This document shows positions 48,370 through 58,600 of a stretch of DNA of 64,000 nucleotides, in pieces. A model generated the notes under the pieces. That model saw nothing but the letters and a program-made list of their open reading frames with translations, did not search any database and had not been told where the DNA came from. The position numbers were made by a program, and so were the translations under genes. Each line of letters opens with the position of its first letter. The first letter of the stretch is position 1. The stretch spans positions 12,837-76,836 of the forward strand of contig CAZALI010000001.1 in NCBI GenBank assembly GCA_964486215.1, written 5' to 3'. Origin of the DNA: an uncultured Muribaculaceae bacterium. GTDB taxonomy: Bacteria > Bacillota_I > Bacilli_A > RF39 > UBA660.

Positions 48370-49404
48370 ATGGATAAGAAAACTCGTAATTACGAGAAAA
48401 AGAGAAAAAGAAAAATATTTTTATCAATTTTGATGATCTTGTTCGTAGGTATTATTTTAACTGCTAGTACTTACGCATGGTTCACAGCAAACCAAACTGT
48501 AACTGTTAATACTATTGATGTTAACGTAGCAGCTCAAAATGGTTTACTAATATCAACTGATGCTGATTCTTGGAAGACTGTTATTACTAATGAGGATATC
48601 ATAAATACTACTACTAGTGCATCTTCAAAATATAGCACTAATGAAAATATGATTCCATTTGGTACAGGTAGTCAAATTACACCAGTTTCTACTGTTGGTG
48701 AAATTGGTAGTGCTGGAAAACTAGCATTCTTTGCTGGTACACTTTCTAATAATGCCACTACTGATGCTTTAGAGTTAACTGCTAGTGCAGTAACTGAGGC
48801 AAAAGGAACTACTGGTGCTATGGTAGCTTTCGATTTATTCTTTAAAGTTACTGAAGAGTCACAAGTTTATTTAACTCCATCATCTAGCGTTATTAGTGCT
48901 GACCAAGACGATAGAGGATTAAAAAATGCTGCTCGTGTAGGTTGGTTAAGAGAAGGTAATGGTGATTTGAACCAAACTCTAGCTACATGGCAAGGATATC
49001 ATGCTACTAGTACTACAGATGGTGTAGCTAACCCAGCTAATAACTTAATTATTTGGGAACCTAATAGTGAAACTCATACTGCTGCTGGTACTGATAATGC
49101 AAGAAACTATGGTATTACTGATACTACACCAACTGCATTAACTTATGTTGGAGTAAAGGCAGCTATTACTAATGCTGTTCCAGTTGGTAGCCAAGATACT
49201 AACTATTTCGGTAGTGTAAAAGGATTATTTACTACAACTAATTCTACTGGAGTACCTGCTGGTACTAGATGGTTTAAATTAGCACCTGGTGTTACTAAAG
49301 TTAGATTCTATCTATGGATCGAAGGTCAAGACGTTGACTGTGAGAATGCAGCTTCAGGAGCTTCAATTTCTTACAACATGCAGTTCAGTTTATTGAACAC
49401 ATAG
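48370..49404 (+). CDS. TasA/camelysin-family protein with a SipW-cognate signal peptide.
   Basis: Basic N-terminus KKRKRK, a hydrophobic stretch, then STYAWFTANQ, which matches the GT(Y/W)A(F/W)F(S/T)D SipW-cognate class motif. 344 aa, T/A/G-rich. Terminator at 49418-49445. Confidence 0.55.
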   Translation: MDKKTRNYEKKRKRKIFLSILMILFVGIILTASTYAWFTANQTVTVNTIDVNVAAQNGLLISTDADSWKTVITNEDIINTTTSASSKYSTNENMIPFGTGSQITPVSTVGEIGSAGKLAFFAGTLSNNATTDALELTASAVTEAKGTTGAMVAFDLFFKVTEESQVYLTPSSSVISADQDDRGLKNAARVGWLREGNGDLNQTLATWQGYHATSTTDGVANPANNLIIWEPNSETHTAAGTDNARNYGITDTTPTALTYVGVKAAITNAVPVGSQDTNYFGSVKGLFTTTNSTGVPAGTRWFKLAPGVTKVRFYLWIEGQDVDCENAASGASISYNMQFSLLNT

Positions 49405-49459
49405 TTAGTTGGTTATGAAAAGGTCTTCCTTGAAGACCTTTTATTCTTAGAGGTGACAT

Positions 49460-49621
49460 ATGGATAAAGTAAATATTGAAGCATTAAATAGATTGAATAA
49501 TGAAGAGCTTTTATCATTGTATGATAGTATTAATGATCATATAAAATTTTTGAATGAAAATATAATTAAAGCTGAAGAGAAGAAAGAGGAAGAAGAGAGT
49601 AACGAGTCAAATGGAGAATGA
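49460..49621 (+). CDS. Small (53-aa) coiled-coil ORF, not in the supplied track. It overlaps the start of the next gene by 11 nt.
   Basis: RBS AGAGGTGA followed by ATG 49460. Translation MDKVNIEALNRLNNEELLSLYDSINDHIKFLNENIIKAEEKKEEEESNESNGE. Confidence 0.25.
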   Translation: MDKVNIEALNRLNNEELLSLYDSINDHIKFLNENIIKAEEKKEEEESNESNGE

Positions 49622-51269
49622 TGATAAGGTATTTATATTAAAAGAGATTGATATAGATAAAGAACATTTATCTTCTTTTCCTATGGAAACAGATTCTGGT
49701 ACTAAGAAAATAAAAGAAGAATTCCATAAAAAAGCTATTCAAGATAGAAATGCCTATGTTGATATGCAAATTAGGAAATTTACTGAGTATCGGAATGATG
49801 TTTTTAAAATGCTTAAAGCTAGAGCTCTTAGTATATTTCCAAATAATAGTATAAATGCATATGAAAACATTAATAATCACTTAGCTTTATTGCAAGATGC
49901 TGTAGTGGATACTAATAAATATGTTGATAACTACTATAAACTTGGATTCTCTTATCTAATAGAAGATATTGATGATAATGCTTCATTATTATTACTTAAT
50001 AAACACCTAAAAACATTTATTTCTAAATTTAATGAAATGGGTATAGAACTAAAAAAAGAAGATTTTAATTATACTATGTTTACGGCAAACTATATGAAAG
50101 AATTTTTAGATTCTTTATCTATGAATGATAATGATTTCTCTATGAAGATGAGGACTACTTTTGATTCTATATATTGGGAATGTCCTACTATTATTTATCA
50201 AATTAAGTTAAATTTACTTTATATTTTAGATAAATATAAGAAAGAATTAGACAAGTATTTAGCTGATAAAAATGCTAAATTATTAAATAATTTAGGCTGT
50301 GATAGGAATACTATTTTAGATGAGTATCTAAAGAAGAGATTAGAAGCAGGAGTTACTTTTGCGAGAGATGAATATAAGAATTTAGAAGTATTTTTGAATG
50401 GATCTAAGAATATAGAAGATTATTTACCTAGTAGTGAAATAAGAAGCAAAAATTATAATACTTATTGTAATGGTAATTTTGATGATTTAACTCCTGAAGA
50501 TAAGAATAAGTTTGATTTTGCTATGGCAGATTTACATAATACTTTAGTTGTTTTAAAGAAGTATTATACTTATGAACCTATTGTTAAGGACTTATTAAAG
50601 AAATATAAAGAAAAAGATAAAGTTAAGACTGAATTTGCTAATAACAATAAAGAAATAGATAAAGAAGATAAGAAGAGATTAGCTATTAATAAAGAATTTG
50701 CTAGAGCTAATGGAGAAGGATTCTTAGCTAAATATAATTCTGATAAGATTAAGAATGCTAAAGTTAAGATGAATGATGAAATTAGTAAGATTAAACAACT
50801 TTATCTTAAGAAATTTGGTTATGAAATTAGTATTAATTTAGATAAATATATAAAAGAATCTTCTACTTTGTATGATTTATTTATGGCATGTACTTCATCA
50901 TTTAATTATTTAAGTAATCAATTAAAGACTATTTATAAAGATGAGGAAGATTTTAATATTGAAAAAGAAGTTAATAATTTCTATAGATTTATCTTTAATC
51001 CTAGTAATGTATTCTTAAGGAAGAGTACTTGCTTTAGTGATTCTAAGATTGAAACTATTGTGAGTGATAAGTATCGTTTGTTGGGATTAAATATCAGTGA
51101 TAGTGATGTTAGTAAAGCATCTATTGATAGTACTATGGAAACCGTTGCTTATATCAATTTGATTCAAAACATTAATAAAGGAAGATTGTCTTTAGAAAAC
51201 ATTGCATTCATCTGCAATGTCAATAAAATAGAAGAATTAAAACCTGAAAAAGAAGCAGAAATGTTATAG
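49611..51269 (+). CDS. Hypothetical 552-aa protein, predicted cytoplasmic, with no recognised domain.
   Basis: K/E/D-rich ORF. Terminator GACCAC/GTGGTC at 51268-51293. Confidence 0.5.
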   Translation: MENDDKVFILKEIDIDKEHLSSFPMETDSGTKKIKEEFHKKAIQDRNAYVDMQIRKFTEYRNDVFKMLKARALSIFPNNSINAYENINNHLALLQDAVVDTNKYVDNYYKLGFSYLIEDIDDNASLLLLNKHLKTFISKFNEMGIELKKEDFNYTMFTANYMKEFLDSLSMNDNDFSMKMRTTFDSIYWECPTIIYQIKLNLLYILDKYKKELDKYLADKNAKLLNNLGCDRNTILDEYLKKRLEAGVTFARDEYKNLEVFLNGSKNIEDYLPSSEIRSKNYNTYCNGNFDDLTPEDKNKFDFAMADLHNTLVVLKKYYTYEPIVKDLLKKYKEKDKVKTEFANNNKEIDKEDKKRLAINKEFARANGEGFLAKYNSDKIKNAKVKMNDEISKIKQLYLKKFGYEISINLDKYIKESSTLYDLFMACTSSFNYLSNQLKTIYKDEEDFNIEKEVNNFYRFIFNPSNVFLRKSTCFSDSKIETIVSDKYRLLGLNISDSDVSKASIDSTMETVAYINLIQNINKGRLSLENIAFICNVNKIEELKPEKEAEML

Positions 51270-51358
51270 ACCACAAAAGTGGTCTTTTTTTTATGAATTT
51301 TTATTGGTTATTTACTTGTATTATGGTATAATGTTAATAGAATAATTGGAGTGTGCAT

Positions 51359-52618
51359 ATGAAGAGTGTGAAGAAAATTTTAAAGTATATAGCGTATGCA
51401 TTTTTATCATTTTTGATATTACTATGCGTATATACTTTTGTAGTAACAGATATTTTAAAGAAAGACCATGTAAATGTGTTTGGATATACATATTTTGTGG
51501 TAGCTAGCGGTTCTATGTCAGGTACTATTGAAGTTAATGATATTATCTTTGTTAAGCTTACTAAGAATGTCAAAGTAGATGATATTATTTCTTATAAAAA
51601 TAGTTCTGGAGAAATAATAACTCACCGTATTGTTGATAAGAGTGGTAATAGACTTATTACTAAAGGTGATGCCAATAATAGTCAAGATGATCCAATAAGT
51701 AAAAATGATGTACTTGGCAAGATTATTTGGATATTATCACCTAAAGTAATACTTGAATTTATCGCAGTATGCTTAATTGTATTTATTGGACTTGCTCTTA
51801 TTAATTTTGATAGGATATTTAAACGATATGTTGTTAAGAATGATAATACAGAGACAAATGATTTTGATAGAGAAGTTTTACCACAAGAAGTATTCTCTAG
51901 TCCAAAAGATAGAAAAGATTATAAACATAGTGGTTTAACTGTTACTATTCCATTGAAAGAGATAGATAATATCCGTAAGATACAGGATGAAGAGAAACAA
52001 GAAGATGAAGATGGAGTAGAGATATTAACAGAAGAAGAGGTATTAGATTTAGATAGTAATTCTATTGTTACTATCAGTAATACACAGAAAGAGAAAGAAA
52101 AAGAAATAGTTGATTTAGTTACTAATTTACTTAGAGTTAAGAATGATGAGTTAGCAACTTCTAGAATTAATAAGAAATGGTTACTTAAATATCAATTTAT
52201 TTATAAAATATCTAATATCATATTACTTGGTGATACTAAGAGTTTATTTGAATCTGTTGAACATCCTTCGTTTAAGGAAGTATATGATTATGACTTAGAG
52301 AAGATAGGCTTATATGAGAATTTACGAAATAAAATCTATGAAATGCCTATATATGTTTTCTTAAAAATATTATTTATAGCTATTTTATATAATGATGATG
52401 CTTTCTTTGACGGAGTATTCAAGATTATGAAATATAAAATTATGATTGATAAGAATAATCATTTTAGAACTATAAAGAATGATAATTATTCAAGAAGACA
52501 ATTAAAAGGATTAATTACATTTATGGAAAAGATTTCTAAACAATATGATAATAAGCATGTATTTGAATTAGATAAGATAGAGAGAATGACTAAGATTAAA
52601 AATTACGTTAACGATTAG
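51359..52618 (+). CDS. SipW-type (archaeal/eukaryotic-type) signal peptidase I fused to a ~270-aa C-terminal extension.
   Basis: N-terminal TM segment, then VVASGSMSGTIEVNDIIFVKL (Ser motif SGSM), ITHRIVDK (His) and ITKGDANNSQDDP (GDxN...D). A second TM segment (KIIWILSPKVILEFIAVCLIVFIGLALINF) is followed by a long additional domain. Promoter TGGTATAAT at about 51323-51331. Confidence 0.6.
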   Translation: MKSVKKILKYIAYAFLSFLILLCVYTFVVTDILKKDHVNVFGYTYFVVASGSMSGTIEVNDIIFVKLTKNVKVDDIISYKNSSGEIITHRIVDKSGNRLITKGDANNSQDDPISKNDVLGKIIWILSPKVILEFIAVCLIVFIGLALINFDRIFKRYVVKNDNTETNDFDREVLPQEVFSSPKDRKDYKHSGLTVTIPLKEIDNIRKIQDEEKQEDEDGVEILTEEEVLDLDSNSIVTISNTQKEKEKEIVDLVTNLLRVKNDELATSRINKKWLLKYQFIYKISNIILLGDTKSLFESVEHPSFKEVYDYDLEKIGLYENLRNKIYEMPIYVFLKILFIAILYNDDAFFDGVFKIMKYKIMIDKNNHFRTIKNDNYSRRQLKGLITFMEKISKQYDNKHVFELDKIERMTKIKNYVND

Positions 52619-52627
52619 GAGAAGAAT

Positions 52628-55600
52628 ATGAAACTTACTAAAAGAAAACTTACACATATAATATTTTCATTGTTCATGTTAATGATACTTTCTTTTAGTA
52701 TTGTTTCTTTTTTTTCTAGAAGTACTTTAAGTGATATTAATTATGTTAAATGGGATGGAAAAGAAGTAGCTACTTCTTTTGCTGGAGGTAATGGTACCAA
52801 AGAGAATCCATATAAAATTAATAATGGCGGACAATTAATGTACTTTAAGAAGATGGTAGAAGAAGAGAATAATTTTCTTGATAAATACTATGTTCTTGGA
52901 GCAAACATTGATTTAGATGATCATGAAATTACTCCTATTGGTACTGATACTAAGTACTTTAGTGGCTCTTTAGATGGAAAAGGATATACTATTACTAATA
53001 TTAATATCAAAGAAGGCAAAGAAGATAATCAAATAAACTATTATGGTTTATTTAATAAAATTAAAGGTACTATTAATAATCTTAATATAGATGAAATTAC
53101 TATTAATCCTGAAAGTGAAGATCCTGTTATTATAGGATCTTTAGCTGGTAAAATAGAAGAAGAATCTAGTATTAAGAATATTTCTATTCATAAGAGTAAT
53201 ATTTATTTAACTAATACTACTAATGATAAGTCTAATAATATAGCTTTATTTAGTGGAATAATAGAAGAGAAGAGTACTATTACTAATATTAGTGTATTTG
53301 GTAAATTTTATTCTCCTTATAGTGATAATGTTTCTATTATTAGTAATAAATTAGATAGTAATATTAAAAACGCTATTATGAAAGTTGAATATGAAGATGG
53401 TATTAATGATTTAGCTACTTTTGGTAATATAGGTGATGAAGTAGAAACTACTAATATATTTAATTTTATTAATAAAGATAGAATTGTTATTAAGAATGAA
53501 ACATATACTGCTAGTGAAGTAGTTAATGTATTTAATGATGAAATACTTGATAATTACTATTGGGATTATGATGAAGATTTTTCTATTTATGTAAGAGATA
53601 ATAAAATAGATAATACTCCTAAAGTTAGAAGTTTTAGTTTTACTCCTAGTGGTACTATAGCATTACATGATAGTGGAGTATCTACTGCGGATAAGACTGT
53701 TTATATTAATGATTTAACTAGTGATTATAACTACTACATGGGTCTTAATTATACTACTACTAGTAATGGAAATGTTCCTACTGGATCTAGTAATAATACT
53801 TATACTGATAGTAATTTAGTAGCAGTATATATGGCTTATAGAGGAGAAAGCATTAACGATGATGGAAAAATTGGATATGTATCTCTTAATGAACAAATAT
53901 CTGATTTTATATATTATAAGTATTATGTAATAGAAAATGGTTATATAACTATTCCTCTAATAGATAATCCATATGCTGATAGACCTAATGATATGGCTTT
54001 TAATGGATGGATAACTGATTATCCTAATGCAGTTGTTAGTTATGATGCTGATACTTATACTAGATATGTTAAGATACCGGCAACAACTGGTCCTATATCA
54101 ATTACTATGTATGCTACATGGACAGAAGCTACTGTTGTTAACGCTAGTGTTAGTAGTAATAATTTAAGTACTACTGGACTTAAACCTATTAGTATGCAAC
54201 CAATTATTACTAGGACTCCTAATTATAATGGTTATACTTTCCCAACTCTATATACAAGAGGTTCTGTAACTAGTGAAGCTAATAGAAATGGAGCTGTTCC
54301 TTATCCTGCTGGAGCAGTTGATGATAGAGGAAATAGTTTAAGTAACTCTATGTGTGAACCTATTGTTACTGGTAGTGGCTGGAATAGGAGATATAGTTCA
54401 CAAACATGTTATTACTATATGCAAGCTGATACTACTAATATTGATCCAAATGAGTCTTATTATCAAATAGGTAATAATGGTAGCATGACTTCTTATACAT
54501 TACCTACACCTACTGGATATGATTATGAAAGAGTTATAGATGTTGGTGATAGTGTAGCTGGTTTCTATAAGAGACATACGGAGGCTGGTAGTTTAGTTGG
54601 TTATTATAATAATAGAGGAGTTCAATATACTTCTGGTAGTTGTAGTAGTAATTGTGAGTATTATGAGTTAGTACAGTTTGATGAGAATAATGTCATGCAA
54701 GAGACGGATTCAGAAACACTTTATTATTACTTAGTTACTCGTGATACTAATATTGCCTTTTTAAATAGTAATATTCAAGGATTTACTAATAGTGTTCCAG
54801 TTACGGTTACAGGTATTAATAATGGTGTTGATCATAGTAACTATGAGATTCAAGTTAATACGCGTAGTATAAGAGCTGGAGCTGATTTAAGAGTTGAATG
54901 GGCTCTTGTCAATAGAAACAGTTATTCTACGAATACTAGTGGTCCATCTGATAGTAATACTAATAATATTTATGGTGAGTATCATAACTTGAAAATTGGT
55001 AGAGGAATAGAAATTGAAACTACAACAACGACAGAATGGCAATATATTGATGGTAGATATCAACAAGTTCAAGTTACAAGAAAATATTTGACTGCTACTT
55101 CTGTTGTTGGAGGAAGCTCTAGTGCTGCAGGTGGTAGTGGTAGTCCTGAAAAATATAATCTAATCGTAGAATCAGGCTATTATAATGTTTTGAGTGCTGT
55201 TAGTACAACTAGTTCTTCATCTACTTATTATACAAATGCTGTTGCGACATATGGTTGTGATTTTGATAGAGTAAATAATGCTGATAACTCTAAACTAGGA
55301 GTTTATTATACAGCTGCTTCTAGTTGGGGCGGTAGCATTTATAGTTCTTCTAGTTCTACTGATACAGAGTTATTCTCAACACAAATTGTTAAGAGTGGAA
55401 CATTTGGTGAAGTTGAGAGTGAAGCTGCATCTGGTATATATGCTGGAGGATTAAATGGTGGTACTATTTATGCTCCTGCTAGACTTATTATTGAAGGTGG
55501 AGATTTATTTAATGTTAATGGTGGACCATTAATTAGTTCTAATAGAAAAACTAAGAATATGATTTATATTAATATGAAAGGCGGAAATGCTGACTTTATA

Positions 55601-58600
55601 TTTGGTGGTGCTGCCTTATCACAAACTTATGGTAATCGTATTATCAATGTTACTGGTGGACAAGTTAATTACTCTGTATTTGGAGGATCTAATGGTGTCG
55701 AAGGTGGTAACGGTGATGGTACTTTGGATGGAGATTCTTTCGTATATGTTGGTGGTAATGCCAAGATTGGAGACGACTCTATTACTGATACTAAGTGGGG
55801 AGTTGAATCAGGCTCTGTATTTGGTATAGGTAATGGTAATTCTTCATATGATACAATTGGTTCTACTAATAATTCTAATGTTATTATAGCGGGTTCTGCT
55901 ACTATAAAGACTAATGTCTATGGTGGTGGTAACTATGGTGCTGTTGGTGTTAAAGGAAATACATCTACAACTACTACTAATGTTAAGATAATCGGTGGAG
56001 ATGTTAAAGGTAGTGTCTATGGTGGAGGTAATAATGCTGGATCTGGTACTTCTTCATATACTTCTACAGTAAACATTACTATGGATGGTGGTACTGTAGA
56101 AAAGAATGTCTTTGGTGGAAGTAGAACTAAAGGTATTATTTATGGTTCTACTAACGTTAATATAAATCAAGGTGTTGTTGAAAAAGACGTATACGGTGGC
56201 GGTGAAGGTGGTTATGAAGATAGTAATACTCCTGGTACATACGTTGCTCGTGACGTTAATGTAGTTATTGGTGATACTAATACAACTACTAGTAATTTAA
56301 CTATTAAAGGTAGTGTCTATGGTGGTAGTGCTTATGGTTCTGTAAATGGAAGTTCTAATAATGCATCTGCTACAGCTACATATAAGACAAATGTTACAGT
56401 CAATGGTGGAAAAATTGAAACCAATGTCTATGGTGGAGGTAAAGGTGATTCTACTCATACTCCAAAAGAATTTGGTGATGTTACTGTTACTATCGAAGGC
56501 GGTAGTATTGGTGACGTATATGGCGGTAATGATCAAGCTGGTTCTCCACAAAGAGGCGATGTTGTTAACTTAAATGGTGGAACAATTGCCAATGGATTTG
56601 GTGGAGGTAATAATACTGGGCAAACAACTACTAATATTAATCTAGCTGGTACAACTGTTACTGGTAACTTATATGGTGGTTCTAATAATGGTGGTATTGT
56701 TACTACTTCTAATGTTCATGTTACAAGTGGTTCTGTTACTAACGTATATGGTGGTAATAACTTAAATGGTTCAACGACAACAACTAATGTCATTATTGAT
56801 GGTGGTACTTTCTCAGGTGATGTTTATGGTGGAGGTAACCAAGCTAATTCTAGTACTTCAAATGTCACAATAAATGCTAGTACAAATCACAATGTCTATG
56901 GTGGAGGTAACCAAGCAGGTGTTACTACTCAAACTAATGTAAATATAAATGCTGGTACAATAGTTGATGTATTTGGTGGATCTAATAGTTCTGGAGAAAT
57001 CAATAATACTCATGTTATTGTATCTGGTACTGGTGCCAAGAACATTCAAAATGTCTATGGTGGTAATAATTTAGGTGGTACTACTGATAATGCTATATCT
57101 GTTATTGAAGTAAGCAGTGGTACAATTGGAAACATCTATGGTGGAGGTAATAAAGTTGGACTTGATACTTCTAATGTAACAGTTACAGGTGGAACAATTA
57201 CTTCTGTATATGGTGGTTCTAATACTAGCGGAGATCTTAATGAATCTAATGTAACTATTGGATCTACTACTAGTCAAGTTACGGTACAAGATGTCTATGG
57301 TGGTAATAACTTAGGTGGTGTTACAGATGATGCCAATATCGTTGTTACAAATGCTACTGTAAATAACTTATACGGTGGAGGTAATCAAGCTGCCGTTGGT
57401 TCTACACATGTAGAGGTAGTTGATAGTACTATTCAGAATATCTATGGTGGAGGTAACCAAGCTGGTGTTACTGGTAATACATATTTGGATGTTGATAACT
57501 CTACTGTTTCTACTAACATTTATGGTGGAGGTAATCAAGGAGCAGTAGGTGGAAATACTGAAGTTTATATTACTGATGGTACAATTGGTGGTAGTTGTTA
57601 TGCCGGTGGTAATGGTTCTACAGCTATCGTAAGTGGTAATACTCTTATTACTGTTGATGGTGATACTGTTGTTGGTAGTGCATCATCTACTGGAACAGAG
57701 GGTAGCGTCTTCGGTGGTGGTAATGCTGCTGCTACTGGTAGTTCATCTACTAATAATAGTGTTGCTACGGTAAATATTGTTGGCGGACATATTTATGGTA
57801 ACGTATATGGTGGTGCTAATACTTCAGTTGTTTATGGCGAAACTCATACAAATATTGGTACTAATGCTGTAAATGTATCTGGTTTAGACGAAGCTGATTT
57901 AATAATTGAAGGAACTGTCTTCGGTGGTGGTGAAGCTAATGCTTCTGGCAGTGATAGTTACGACTTCTCATTCATTTCTGTCACAAGAGGAATTGATGTT
58001 AATATAGATGGTTTGAATTATCTTACTCATGGAAATAGATTTGAACTTAATGGATCTATCTTTGGTTCAGGTAATGCTTCATCTTCTGCTGGTACTAGTG
58101 AAGTTTATATTAGAAATCTAGGTACGAGAACTAATCCTAGTTCAAATGTATCAATACAGAGAGCAGATAAAGTCGTGATTGATAATAGTGTTATTGAACT
58201 TTCTGGTACTGTTGATACTACAAATGATTATTCAAATATTAAATATTCATTGAACAGAATTGAAGACTTTATTATTAAAAATAATACGGTACTTCTATTA
58301 AAAGAAAATGCCAACCTTCTACAATCATTTAGATCTATGGTTGGTACTGATGGTAACGAAGTATTAGCAACTGTTAATATAAATGATGATACACAAACAG
58401 TTACTAAGAATGTTGACAATAGACTTTATATGTTAGCTGATAAGAACTTGAATGTTGCTACTAACCAGGATGCTACTGCTTATGGTGAAGTTAAAGGTAT
58501 GACATTCCTTGGAATGTATACTATGGGTACTACTGGTAGTAGGAGGTATGGTGTCTATAGTGATACATTTGATTATGGTTCAGCATCTGATGCTGGTGAT

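Noticed and set aside
55400-58100. CRISPR array or other interspersed-repeat explanation for the periodic DNA motif.
   Set aside because: The repeats are in-frame coding repeats with variable spacing of 72-84 nt and degenerate units. There are no cas genes, no fixed-length spacers and no leader.
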